A stretch of DNA of 64,000 nucleotides from Victivallales bacterium (GTDB lineage Bacteria > Verrucomicrobiota > Lentisphaeria > Victivallales > GWF2-50-93). The position numbers and the translations under genes are program-made. The stretch spans positions 15,140 to 79,139 of the forward strand of contig JBAQUG010000499.1 in the NCBI GenBank assembly GCA_049297395.1, written 5' to 3'. Numbering within the stretch: the stretch's first letter is position 1; the number at the start of each line of letters is the position of its first letter. The notes under the pieces were generated by a model. The model was given only the letters and a program-made list of their open reading frames with translations, searched no databases and was not told the DNA's origin. Shown one piece after another: positions 8,125 to 17,434 of the stretch.

Positions 8125-8520
8125 GTTGGAAGTTCGAAAGTTCTAAAATGCGGGAGATCGAAAGTTTTGTTGGAGTTTTTACCATTACAATTCCGTGTCA
8201 TCCCAGAGGATGACGGATGGATGGATTGTTGGATGAATGGATTATTGGGTTTGAATTCAAGATAAGGATAAAAAGGAAGGATTGGGAGAGAAATTCCAAA
8301 AGAGGCATTTCGGATTTTATGAATGTTCCTTTTTGTGTATATCTCTTTGATTTGCAACAATCCAATCGTCCATGGGACGGCAGTGATGCGCAGAATAAAA
8401 AAATGGAGGTACGTATTCAATAAACTATGTCGTTTACTTAATCCGTACTAAAACTGTTGATTTCGCATTTATTAGATGTAAACATTCACTGGACTAACAT
8501 AGTTCAGTGAATATTTACAA

Positions 8521-9270
8521 ATGGAGGGACAGATGAAAGCAAAATTATTTACCCGAAGAATGAAACAGATGAAAGGCAGGCATGCCTTTACTTTGATCGA
8601 ACTCCTCGTGGTGATTGCGATCATCGCAATACTTGCGGCGATGCTGCTGCCGGCATTGAAAAACGCCCGTAACCAGGCTCAAGGTATCATCTGTATAGGT
8701 AATCTTGGTCAAATGTATACTGCCACATCTATATACACAATGGATTTCAATGACTGCCTTCCCGGTTCGGCTGACCCACTTGCTGCTTGGCACACGGCAC
8801 GCCTTTCACTTGACACAAATGATTATATCAAAGGCTATAAGATGCGCTGTCCGTTGTATCCTTGGCGCGATAATGCCGATTATAATACAGATTACGTCAA
8901 CACGAAAAACTACCTGGCATGCGAGTATGGTGTCAATGCCTGGGTCTGGTGCTATTTCTATTGGATCGGCGGCTCTATCGTTAAAACCATGAAATTAAAT
9001 GAAATTTCCGAGCCGTCGAGAGTTGGTATGTGGGTCGATGGCGGTTGGAGCGATGGGCTACACAGACCCGGTGCCTGGCTATGGACCGCCGGAGGATATA
9101 GCAGCTTGACCGACCCTGCTATTTATCCTGTTAGTAAATGGCACGGCAATGGACTTAACATCGTGTCTTTTGACGGCCACGCCGCCCAAATGAGTACTGC
9201 TGACTTGACTGCTGTTGATGTTTCTGATAAAAGTAAGAATCAAAGCCCTTTCGCCCTGCCAAGGCCTTGA
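8521..9270 (+). CDS. Prepilin-type N-terminal domain / H-X9-DG pseudopilin-like protein
   Basis: N-terminus ...[36 protein letters not shown]-terminal [13 protein letters not shown] has exactly H-X9-DG. The ATG at 8533 has the better Shine-Dalgarno (GGAGGG at 8524-8529), so the start is uncertain between 8521 and 8569. Confidence 0.85.
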   Translation: MEGQMKAKLFTRRMKQMKGRHAFTLIELLVVIAIIAILAAMLLPALKNARNQAQGIICIGNLGQMYTATSIYTMDFNDCLPGSADPLAAWHTARLSLDTNDYIKGYKMRCPLYPWRDNADYNTDYVNTKNYLACEYGVNAWVWCYFYWIGGSIVKTMKLNEISEPSRVGMWVDGGWSDGLHRPGAWLWTAGGYSSLTDPAIYPVSKWHGNGLNIVSFDGHAAQMSTADLTAVDVSDKSKNQSPFALPRP

Positions 9271-9356
9271 TATAGGTGAAATATTCATAAGCGAAGCTTC
9301 AGCTGTCTTAAATAACGGGACAGCAAAACTCGGGAAACGATAATTTGGGAGTAAAA

Positions 9357-12300
9357 ATGAAAGCAAACTTGATCCAGGTATTTTTGATGGCATCCACCAT
9401 TGTTTCATTGGCGTATGCCCGCGCCGAATCGTCTTCCATCACAGCTCCCAATAAAACCGTCACATTGCGCGGGTATGGCGAGGTGAGTGCGGTGTTTAGT
9501 GATGGACGGGCAGATTTCTTCTGTGAAGACGGGACAAAGGCGGACATGGTTCTAGGCAAGCTGCTTGCGGATCTATTCTGGGATGCCGGCGAATCCCATG
9601 TGGAGAAAAAGATTAAAATCGGCGGAGCCGAAATTATCCTGCACCAGTGGCAGCCTTACGGTGTGATGGTGGCGGCCGTCGTGGATAGACGTGTTGTGTT
9701 TATTGGCGCGGAAACGGAAGAGTCCCTGTTGCGGCTGGTGGAAAAAGAGCCGCTTATTTTGAAAAATGAAGCACGTTTTCATCCGCTTAAACCGTATCCT
9801 CTTTATCTGGACTTCTTCGACTTGCGTGCATTCAAGGCCTATACGCATGCAATGTCGTCGCCCCGGGGCGACGGACTTGCCAGCCACTGGAAGTTTATCA
9901 GGAAGTTCGGCATGGGGGGGATCGCCTTCCAAAACCCCTGCCTATGGATGAACAGCCCCGCGCCGGGCGTGGTAGAATGGGCGCCCGTAGACTATGAGAT
10001 GAACGAGGCGCGGCGCCAGGGCGGTTTGATCGTGTGCTGCCCCTACATCGGCGGCGAGGTGCCGCTCTGGATGTACAACCAGGCGCCATCCGACATGACT
10101 GCGGCCTCGCCGACCAGCCTCATCGGTGCATGGGGATGCGCGGGATGCGCGGGCGCACATTACGAGAGCTGGGGGATGCCGTTTGAAAAACGCCAGTCGA
10201 CCAGCCTTGCTTTCCTGCGTCAAATCATGGATCGCTACAAGGACAATCCCTCTCTTGGAGCGTGGCAGCCCTACACCGGCGAGCCGGGAGGCGAGTATGG
10301 ACTGCATGACCGCACCAGTGAATGCTGGGATTACTCTCCACGCGGGCAGGAATGCATGCGTCAGTGGCTCAAGGACGTCAAGGGGCTGAGCCTGATGAAG
10401 CTGGGCGAACGGTGGCATGGAGATCCCGGCTTTTACAAATCATGGAGAGAGGTGTGCGTTCCCGATGTCCATTCGTTCTTCGGGGATCTTGACAAGCGCT
10501 GCCTCCGTCTCTCGGACGGCTGGCGGTGGCGGAAAGCGGCAGATGATCTGACTCCGCCGAGCGCCAGCGCCCCCGGCTGGGTTCCCGTGGAAATGCCTCC
10601 ATCACAGCAGCAGGACTTTCTGCCGTGGGGCGCGGCGTTCTACCGGATCTCCTTTGATGGAGGCGAATGGACGAGGGCAAATGCCGGCAAAGAGTGGTAT
10701 CTGGTCTGCGCGGCCGATATCCGCTCGCCGAAAGGAACATCTGTGTGGCTCAACGGGAAATATTTTGGTGAGCATAACTGCAAGGCCGGTGATGGAGCCC
10801 TGGGTCCCTTCGGCTTAAAAGTCACCAGTCTAATTAAGGAGACGGGGAACGAGCTTGTTCTTCTGGTGCCGTCCGGCAATTCCCCCAACTCAGAGGGAAA
10901 ACTGTATGGACCGGTCTTCCTCAGCACCTCCGAACCGAAGTTCTATCCCTACCTGGGCATCCATCAGAATGCCCGCTATGTCGATCTTAAGGAATGGCAG
11001 GTATTCGGCATTTCGCGTCTGCACCGGCAGATGCTGGAGACAGTCCGGGCGATCGATCCGGAGCGGCCACTCATCCTTTCGCCGGGGTCATGCGTCGAAA
11101 TTATGGATCAGGCGGCCGATATGGCGGTAACTTTTGGTGCCGGCATGCAGATGACCGGACGCGAGGCGTGGTATCACCCGTGGTGGACGGGACTCGGACA
11201 TGTGGCCGGCTTTTACGGCACCAGCGAGCCGGGAGACACTGCCCGCGGCAAGTCGCTGAGCCGCCTGCTCGGCTGGATCATGATGGACGCCGACTCGAAC
11301 CATGATCTGTTCTGGACTCTCGAGGATTATATCAAGGAGGAGAAGGATAATGGATGGTTCAGCAAGAACCAGGCGGTCTTCCGTCTGTTCGGAAAATACC
11401 TGCGCGCCGATCCCAAAATCGTGATCCTCCGATCCGTGGTGTCCATGCGGCTTAATTCGCAGGCACCATGGGTGTGGGATGTCGGACGGGGCGAACTGCA
11501 GGGCCTGCATTTCGACAATGTCTACACGACGGAACGAGAACTGCTCAAGGGGCTGGTGGATCCGTATCCCGCTCTTATCGACTCCGGTACCGAGTTTATG
11601 GATGTCGATACGGTGGCGGCTCTCCGAAGCTACGTAGAGAAAGGCGGCACATTTGTCGCCCTGCACAACACGGGACGCCACAGCACGCTGGAGCCCGATA
11701 CGTGGCCGGTGTCCCAATTGACGGGCTTCAAAGTCGTGGCTCAGGGCAAGCGCGGCAAGATCACATTCCGTTCCACATCTGAGCCACTCTTCAAGGAATG
11801 GGCGGGCAAGGAGTTCGAGGGAGAGGGGATGGCGATGGACTACATGGGAGCCGATTCCGCGAAAGGTGCGGGGATAGGGCTTGAGGCAAACGCCTCCGGC
11901 GCCACCGTTCTCGCCACATGGGACGACGGCACCGTGGCGGTTGGCTGCCGCAAACTTGGCAAAGGCAGGGTCATCGTCCTTGGTTCGACGTTCTGGAGGA
12001 ACGGTAAGGATGTCTCAGGCGCATGGAAGTCGCAGGGCGCAGTCGAGGCGGCGTTCTTCGAGCGGCTCCTCGCCGACATCGGCGTCGCCCGCGATGCAGA
12101 CGCCGGATCTTCTTCCGTATGGGCTCGCAAATATGTCAGTAAAAATGGATTGCAGGACTGGCTCATTGCCTATAACAGCGCCGATGCAGCGCTGAAGACC
12201 GATCTATTCCTCAAAACGGCGCAGCCGCCATCGGAAGTCTTTGATCTGGTGGAGAGGAAGTCCGTACCGTTCGAAATCTCCCCCGATGGCTTGATAAAAC

Positions 12301-13331
12301 TCAGGGATATTTCCTTTTCCGGACACGCGGTCAGGGCATTCGCCGTAAAGCGTGCGGGATTTGCCGGCGCTCTTTCCGTCTGGTGGGGTGAGAAACTGAA
12401 ATACTGGAAGAAGAATAAGATTAATGAGGTTGATCTTGACGCCATCGGCTTCCCGAAGAATAATCCCGACGCGGTTGCGTTCGAGAAGTGGTCGTTCATC
12501 ACCGATCCCGACGGGAAGATGACCACGTCCGGCCAATGGATGACGCCCGGATTCGACGATTCGGCGTGGACGAAACTGCCAGCAGGCCCGTGGAACCTGA
12601 TAGACGAAAAGTTGAAGGACTACAGGGACGTAGGGTTGTATCGGGCTAAGTTTATAGTGCCTCGAGAATGGAAAGGGCGCAGGATAATTCTGAATCTCTA
12701 CGGTTTCAACAACCCCATCGTCCAGGACGAGGGCGAATTCTTTGTCAACGGGAAATCCATTACCACCTACAAGGCGCATGGCTGGAATCAAACATACAAC
12801 TATGATGCCACGGAAATGATCGTTGACGGCGACAACGCACTGACGGTGAAGGTGAAAGGCGGAAAAGAGCTCTCCGGAATATGCGGCACGGTGTGGTTTT
12901 CCGCTGAGCGCAAGCTTGAGCCGCTGATCGACCTTGCTGGCTCATGGCGCGCGGTAAAGGCGGATTTCGTCACCACCGAGACGGCGAGTATTCCGGGCAA
13001 GTTCACGGGAAGCCATCTGCGGCGGATTATTGACATTCCGGCGGAATGGAACGGGAAGAGCGTCTTCCTGCATTTCGAGTCGCCCTCCCAATGGGTGGGA
13101 AGTGTGGTCGTCAACGGCCATCCTGTCAACTACAACAGCTACCTGCATCCATTTGGATTGAGAACCGAGGTCAATATCACGCAGTTCATGAAATACGGAA
13201 CCTCAAATCTCATCGAGTTGTGGCCGTACCAGACGATCTCCTCGACCGGCGGCACAGGCGGTGGCGGCGGAGAGAAGGAGCGGACAGAGGCGATCTCAGC
13301 TATTGGAGTGGGTTGTGAAAGACAAAAGTAA
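9357..13331 (+). CDS. Large secreted multidomain glycoside-hydrolase-like protein (GH42-like clan-GH-A core, GATase1-like domain, several galactose-binding-like domains)
   Basis: The track ORF starts at TTG 9345. ATG 9357 follows GGGAG and gives the signal peptide MKANLIQVFLMASTIVSLAYA. LGAWQPYTGEPGGEYGL...CWDYSPRGQECMRQWLKDVKGLSLMKLGERWHGDPGFYKSWREV resembles the GH42 NE-block region with its ...C.C..C...F..WL...Y.....LN..W block. The three segments SAWTKLPAGPWNL..., LYRAKFIVPREWKGRRIILNLYGFN and IPAEWNGKSVFLHFES are GH2-N/galactose-binding-like. Family not verified. Confidence 0.6.
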   Translation: MKANLIQVFLMASTIVSLAYARAESSSITAPNKTVTLRGYGEVSAVFSDGRADFFCEDGTKADMVLGKLLADLFWDAGESHVEKKIKIGGAEIILHQWQPYGVMVAAVVDRRVVFIGAETEESLLRLVEKEPLILKNEARFHPLKPYPLYLDFFDLRAFKAYTHAMSSPRGDGLASHWKFIRKFGMGGIAFQNPCLWMNSPAPGVVEWAPVDYEMNEARRQGGLIVCCPYIGGEVPLWMYNQAPSDMTAASPTSLIGAWGCAGCAGAHYESWGMPFEKRQSTSLAFLRQIMDRYKDNPSLGAWQPYTGEPGGEYGLHDRTSECWDYSPRGQECMRQWLKDVKGLSLMKLGERWHGDPGFYKSWREVCVPDVHSFFGDLDKRCLRLSDGWRWRKAADDLTPPSASAPGWVPVEMPPSQQQDFLPWGAAFYRISFDGGEWTRANAGKEWYLVCAADIRSPKGTSVWLNGKYFGEHNCKAGDGALGPFGLKVTSLIKETGNELVLLVPSGNSPNSEGKLYGPVFLSTSEPKFYPYLGIHQNARYVDLKEWQVFGISRLHRQMLETVRAIDPERPLILSPGSCVEIMDQAADMAVTFGAGMQMTGREAWYHPWWTGLGHVAGFYGTSEPGDTARGKSLSRLLGWIMMDADSNHDLFWTLEDYIKEEKDNGWFSKNQAVFRLFGKYLRADPKIVILRSVVSMRLNSQAPWVWDVGRGELQGLHFDNVYTTERELLKGLVDPYPALIDSGTEFMDVDTVAALRSYVEKGGTFVALHNTGRHSTLEPDTWPVSQLTGFKVVAQGKRGKITFRSTSEPLFKEWAGKEFEGEGMAMDYMGADSAKGAGIGLEANASGATVLATWDDGTVAVGCRKLGKGRVIVLGSTFWRNGKDVSGAWKSQGAVEAAFFERLLADIGVARDADAGSSSVWARKYVSKNGLQDWLIAYNSADAALKTDLFLKTAQPPSEVFDLVERKSVPFEISPDGLIKLRDISFSGHAVRAFAVKRAGFAGALSVWWGEKLKYWKKNKINEVDLDAIGFPKNNPDAVAFEKWSFITDPDGKMTTSGQWMTPGFDDSAWTKLPAGPWNLIDEKLKDYRDVGLYRAKFIVPREWKGRRIILNLYGFNNPIVQDEGEFFVNGKSITTYKAHGWNQTYNYDATEMIVDGDNALTVKVKGGKELSGICGTVWFSAERKLEPLIDLAGSWRAVKADFVTTETASIPGKFTGSHLRRIIDIPAEWNGKSVFLHFESPSQWVGSVVVNGHPVNYNSYLHPFGLRTEVNITQFMKYGTSNLIELWPYQTISSTGGTGGGGGEKERTEAISAIGVGCERQK

Positions 13332-14107
13332 TGAGCAGGGGGAATCAAGTGAATATTCCAATCAAATTGGTGCTGATGACAGTGGGAATCCTTTTTATGA
13401 CGGATCTCATTCTTCTTGACAATTGCGCTTGCAAGGTGTGTGCGGAAGAAGTCAGGGGACCGGCTCCTAAAGAACCTGTTCCTGAAAGTCCTGTGAAAAA
13501 CAATGGTCCGGTAAACCTTTTGAAAAATGCGGGTTTCGAGGAATGGGGCAAAGGGAAAAATAGTCCATACGGCAAGGTTCCTCCACCTAAAATAAGTTCC
13601 GACGGTGTGCCGGACGCGTGGGAGTCATATCAGGCTCCTTACGAGTCGCCGGAGAAGCAGGAATTCAAGGCGGGTGGAAGCCTGGGCAAGGACACCGTGG
13701 TCAAACACGATGGCGGTGCTTCACTCCTGATGGAAAATAAATTTACAACCGACACCATCTGCATTCAGCAGGACATGGAAGTGGAGCCAGACACCAGTTA
13801 TATGCTCAAGTGTTTATTTAAAGGTGACAGTATTGAACTGAACAGCGGCGATGGTTGTGGTGCGATTGTCTGGGTGATTCCTGCATCTAAGAAGGATCTC
13901 TGGTCGCAGCAGGAATCCATGGCGAGAAATCCGCAGCCGAACAAGGGGAGTTTCGACTGGAGCACCTTCTCCTTTCGTATTGACACGGGTTCTGAGACGA
14001 ATTGGATGAAGATCGACTTTCAATTGCGCCGCGCATCAGGCAGATTATGGATGGATGACGTCCAGCTGATCAAGCTGGAAAAGATAAAAAGGGTGGAAAC
14101 TTACTAA
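13331..14107 (+). CDS. Secreted/anchored protein with CBM4/9-like carbohydrate-binding domain
   Basis: 258 aa with an N-terminal hydrophobic segment. NLLKNAGFEEWGKG ... GGASLLMEN ... GRLWMDDVQL is the usual CBM_4_9-type jelly-roll pattern. The start overlaps the upstream stop by 1 nt. Confidence 0.6.
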   Translation: MSRGNQVNIPIKLVLMTVGILFMTDLILLDNCACKVCAEEVRGPAPKEPVPESPVKNNGPVNLLKNAGFEEWGKGKNSPYGKVPPPKISSDGVPDAWESYQAPYESPEKQEFKAGGSLGKDTVVKHDGGASLLMENKFTTDTICIQQDMEVEPDTSYMLKCLFKGDSIELNSGDGCGAIVWVIPASKKDLWSQQESMARNPQPNKGSFDWSTFSFRIDTGSETNWMKIDFQLRRASGRLWMDDVQLIKLEKIKRVETY

Positions 14108-14153
14108 TATTAAGTGTTTTGAAAAGGAGATCAGCATATGAGAAACACAACGA

Positions 14154-15221
14154 TTGCCAGATCAGTTGCGACTGGCAGGGAAATTTATTTCTCTCTCCGG
14201 AGAAACTGCAATTCCGGATTTTGCTGTCAAGGATAATTTGCCTACTGAGGGCGGGCTGCTTACTCTCCCGTGGGATCGCCATTGGCCATCGGTCGCTGGA
14301 AACGCCGGGCTCCTGGAAAAATTCGCGGCTTTCACGGAAAGGAAGGTCAGCGGTTATTCGGAAATGGCCGTATGGCACAGCTGGCAGTCGCCGGCATACC
14401 TTGAAACATCCTATTACACTTACATCCGCCTGTGGATGACATGCAATTACAATCTCTCCCAGTCGGCATACGACGAAAGCCGTTTCTTCGATTATGCCAG
14501 TACATCCTCTCTCGAAAATGCGAAAGTCGCAGACGGAAAGATCCATCTTCCAGGCGGGACATACAGGCGTCTCACACTTCCTTTCGCAATTATACTGACT
14601 GAGAAACTCTGGAAGAAAATCAAGGAATGCGTGAAGGCTGGAGTCGAACTGGTCTTCATAGGACCGCCACCTCACAGACTTCTGGAAAGCGGCAGGGAAA
14701 TATCCGAGGAATTCTGTAGTTTGTGCGGAATTGAACATGTCGATTTCAAACGCTACCATTCCTGGCTCTCATCGCACAAGCCACTGCCGAAATTCGATGA
14801 CTGGGAACCTCAGATGATTGATTTTGCGTTCCCGGTGACCCCTCTGAAGGGTACCGATACATTGAAGGACAGCGACGGGGAGATTATAGGCGTGCGAAAT
14901 CCGCAGAAAGGTGTCACATGGCTGACCACTCCGGATCCGCGCGGGCTTTTCCACAGGAACATTCCCGCGATTCAGCCTTCTGGAATTGAGATAGAACATT
15001 TTGGACGATCGAACTACAGAATTCTCCAGGATCCAAAGAGACCTTCGGAATTCATACTTGTCTGCGCATCGCGCATGGATGAAGAGCTGCATGATGTTTT
15101 CAGCGTTGGCGGAAAGAAGATTGCATTGAAAGGCGGCTGCTGGGCCGCTTTGAGGTTCTCCAAAGGCCGCATCGTCGACAAGATGCTGGACAAGGATGTT
15201 AAATTCAATCAAGACCGCTGA
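14154..15221 (+). CDS. Hypothetical protein, probably frameshifted near its 5' end (see finding at 14138-14233)
   Basis: 355-codon open frame whose track start is a TTG with no Shine-Dalgarno. A strong AAGGAG followed by ATG at 14138 opens a different frame that closes after 32 codons. A (TC)4 tract at 14190-14197 lies in the overlap. Confidence 0.6.
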   Translation: MPDQLRLAGKFISLSGETAIPDFAVKDNLPTEGGLLTLPWDRHWPSVAGNAGLLEKFAAFTERKVSGYSEMAVWHSWQSPAYLETSYYTYIRLWMTCNYNLSQSAYDESRFFDYASTSSLENAKVADGKIHLPGGTYRRLTLPFAIILTEKLWKKIKECVKAGVELVFIGPPPHRLLESGREISEEFCSLCGIEHVDFKRYHSWLSSHKPLPKFDDWEPQMIDFAFPVTPLKGTDTLKDSDGEIIGVRNPQKGVTWLTTPDPRGLFHRNIPAIQPSGIEIEHFGRSNYRILQDPKRPSEFILVCASRMDEELHDVFSVGGKKIALKGGCWAALRFSKGRIVDKMLDKDVKFNQDR

Positions 15222-15346
15222 ATAGCAGGTCGAGAAACATATATGCCGGTCCGCAAAAACGTAACCGTTAAGGATCCGCTAAGCTGGACGGCATAGCCAC
15301 ATCTTGTGCGTTAAAGTATGGAGTCCCGAGCCCTCGGGCGGAGAGT

Positions 15347-16222
15347 TTATCCAACCTTGGTGTCTTTCTTCTTGCCCTTGCTCTGACCTTGCAGAAAGCT
15401 GTTCCTGTAGAGTCCGGGGCTCGTCCCCGTATTTTTCCTGAATATCCTGCTGAAATAGGCCTGGTCCGGGAACCCCGAGTTGATTGCGACTTTCGCAATC
15501 GGAACGTCGGTGTGCTGAAGCCAGTTCATCGCCTGTTTCATGCGGACGGATGTCAGATAGTCCACAGGGGAGAACCCGACCCGTTTCTTGAAGAGCCGGT
15601 AGAAATGGCCTTCGCTGTAGTCAAATTTAAAAGCCAAGTCCGAGATCGAGAAACTTTCCGAAAAATGATCGTTTATGTATTTCACCGAAGCCTCTATCTT
15701 GTCGTCGGTAGGACTTGCTCCGTCCTGCAGGGTTTTAAGGAAAAGGACAAAAACATCCAGGATCCTGGCGTCGAAGACCGGACCTGCAAGACGCGGCTTC
15801 CTCTGGGTGATGAACCAGAATTTTTCCACCAGGGCAGACAGCTCCTCCGAATTTGCGGATACGGGCTTTGCGATATTGCAGTTCTCCACGGCCTGTCCAT
15901 TGAACCCTATCCATACCGTATCCATCGTGGACTCCGAATCCTCGCAATGCGAGATGCCCGGAGGGACAAGGACGATATCGAAGGGATGAATCGATCTGTT
16001 TTCTTCACAGAGAAGATGTCCGTCTCCCCTGAATATGCAGATGAACTCCCAGAAACCGTGGGCCGTGGGGGTTTTTGATTTTCTTGGGCCTGCAAAGCGC
16101 TCCACGTACAGCGGGGTAAGCCATGAGGAGCGGCCGGGACTGCTATCTCCTTCCCATAAACTGCTGCTGAAATGGGAGGGACCCTTGTAAATGTTATGAT
16201 TGATCATGTCATAATTGTCCAA
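15347..16222 (-). CDS. AraC-family transcriptional regulator (cupin sensor + HTH_18)
   Basis: 291 aa. C-terminal SISDLAFKFDYSEGHFYRLFKKRVGFSPVDYLTSVRMKQAMNWLQHTDVPIAKVAINSGFPDQAYFSRIFRKNTGTSPGLYR. Start uncertain: TTG at 16222 or ATG at 16207. Confidence 0.85.
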   Translation of the reverse strand: MDNYDMINHNIYKGPSHFSSSLWEGDSSPGRSSWLTPLYVERFAGPRKSKTPTAHGFWEFICIFRGDGHLLCEENRSIHPFDIVLVPPGISHCEDSESTMDTVWIGFNGQAVENCNIAKPVSANSEELSALVEKFWFITQRKPRLAGPVFDARILDVFVLFLKTLQDGASPTDDKIEASVKYINDHFSESFSISDLAFKFDYSEGHFYRLFKKRVGFSPVDYLTSVRMKQAMNWLQHTDVPIAKVAINSGFPDQAYFSRIFRKNTGTSPGLYRNSFLQGQSKGKKKDTKVG

Positions 16223-16329
16223 ATATAATAATTGATTTATCCATAGAATAATACATCCTGATTCTGTATAATAAAGTCATAATATTAAAAAACATTCACG
16301 GGAAAATAAATATCAACCTGGAGGTTTCA

Positions 16330-17325
16330 ATGAAGGCTGCATTCAGGAAAAAAGGGAAATATTATATCAAGGATCTGGAGAGGCGCAAACTTGGCCTCGG
16401 ACAGATCAGGGTTGCGGTTGATGCGTGTGGAATATGCGGGACAGACATCCATTCCGATTCAGAGCAGGAGGAGATGTTCGGGCATGAGATCGCCGGAAGA
16501 ATCATTGAGACTGGAGAAGGTGTCAACTGGCTTAAAGCGGGGCAGAAAATAGTTCTGGACTCCGCGACGCCATGCGGCAAGTGCGACAACTGCAAGAATA
16601 CGAAGCAGGAGCTGTGTACCGACATCCAGAGCATCTGGTTTGTCCCGAGTTTCGGCTTTGCCGAGGAGATTATAGCTCCCGCTGTTTGCGCAATATCCTG
16701 TGAAGACATTGAACCCGCTGTCGCAAGTCTCCAGGAGCCTCTCGGAGTGGCGATTGATCTGGTGAGGCTTGCCGACATCCGACCTGAATCCAACGTTCTC
16801 GTCATGGGGCCCGGCCCCATCGGACTCATGGCTCTGGCGCTAGTAAAAAGAATGGGGGCGCGCAGGGTTTTCATGTCGGCATTCAAAAAAGAGAAGATCC
16901 GCTGTGAAATGGCGAAAAAACTCGGTGCCGATGAAGTGATTGATCCATCGGAATGCGAACTCACTGACAAATCGTTCGGATGCCAGATTGACAGGATTCT
17001 TGTGACAACGCCTCCGCCTACATTGAATGATGCATTCAAGGTTGCGGCAAAGGGAGGCATTGTCTCATTCATAGGGATCGGGCACGGGGAGAGGGCTTTC
17101 TGCAAGTTTGATGCAAACGCATTTCATTTCAAGAAACTCCAGCTGAGGGCGTCATTCGCTTCTCCGGCATTATACGGGCCTCTGGCACTCCAGTATCTCA
17201 GAGAGGGAGTTATTGACGGGAAGTCCCTTGTTTCACACCGGTTCCCCCTGGAGAAGATCGAGGAGGCGATGAAAGTCGCGTCGGATCCGGCCATTTCCCT
17301 GAAAGTGGTGGTCACTTCAAAATAA
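16330..17325 (+). CDS. Zinc-dependent medium-chain alcohol/polyol dehydrogenase
   Basis: 331 aa. CGICGTDIH and GHEIAGRIIETGEGV (catalytic Zn), CGKCDNCKNTKQELC (structural Zn), VLVMGPGPIGL (Rossmann). GGAGG lies upstream of the ATG. Confidence 0.85.
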   Translation: MKAAFRKKGKYYIKDLERRKLGLGQIRVAVDACGICGTDIHSDSEQEEMFGHEIAGRIIETGEGVNWLKAGQKIVLDSATPCGKCDNCKNTKQELCTDIQSIWFVPSFGFAEEIIAPAVCAISCEDIEPAVASLQEPLGVAIDLVRLADIRPESNVLVMGPGPIGLMALALVKRMGARRVFMSAFKKEKIRCEMAKKLGADEVIDPSECELTDKSFGCQIDRILVTTPPPTLNDAFKVAAKGGIVSFIGIGHGERAFCKFDANAFHFKKLQLRASFASPALYGPLALQYLREGVIDGKSLVSHRFPLEKIEEAMKVASDPAISLKVVVTSK

Positions 17326-17355
17326 AAGGGCAAACAGGTTTGGAAAGGGTTGGGG

Positions 17356-17403
17356 TGCGGGGAAGGGAAGAACCTTTCCTTAAAAGGTTTTTCATTCCCC
17401 GCA
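17356..17403 (+). terminator. Candidate stem-loop after the dehydrogenase gene
   Basis: TGCGGGGAA (17356-17364) pairs with TTCCCCGCA (17395-17403), with an inner pair AACCTTT/AAAGGTT, followed by TTCAAGTTCTTTC. Its right half belongs to a 42-nt motif repeated at 56761-56802. Confidence 0.4.
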
Positions 17404-17434
17404 TTCAAGTTCTTTCAAAAATGAGGTTGTTCCA

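Noticed and set aside
9573-13348. Numerous 60-210-aa ORFs on both strands inside the 9357-13331 gene (for example 9942-10418, 11088-11717 and 12204-12791)
   Set aside because: They are Arg/Pro/Gly-rich shadow frames of a GC-rich coding region. None has an RBS or a recognisable domain.
14070-14759. 229-aa minus-strand ORF
   Set aside because: It is antisense to the 14154-15221 ORF and overlaps the 3' end of the CBM gene. It has no RBS, and its Cys/Phe/Arg-rich composition is typical of an antisense frame.
15389-16078. 229-aa plus-strand ORF
   Set aside because: It is antisense to the clearly recognisable AraC gene.
16362-17105. 247-aa minus-strand ORF
   Set aside because: It is antisense to the Zn-dehydrogenase gene, and its translation is Ser/Pro-rich with no motifs.
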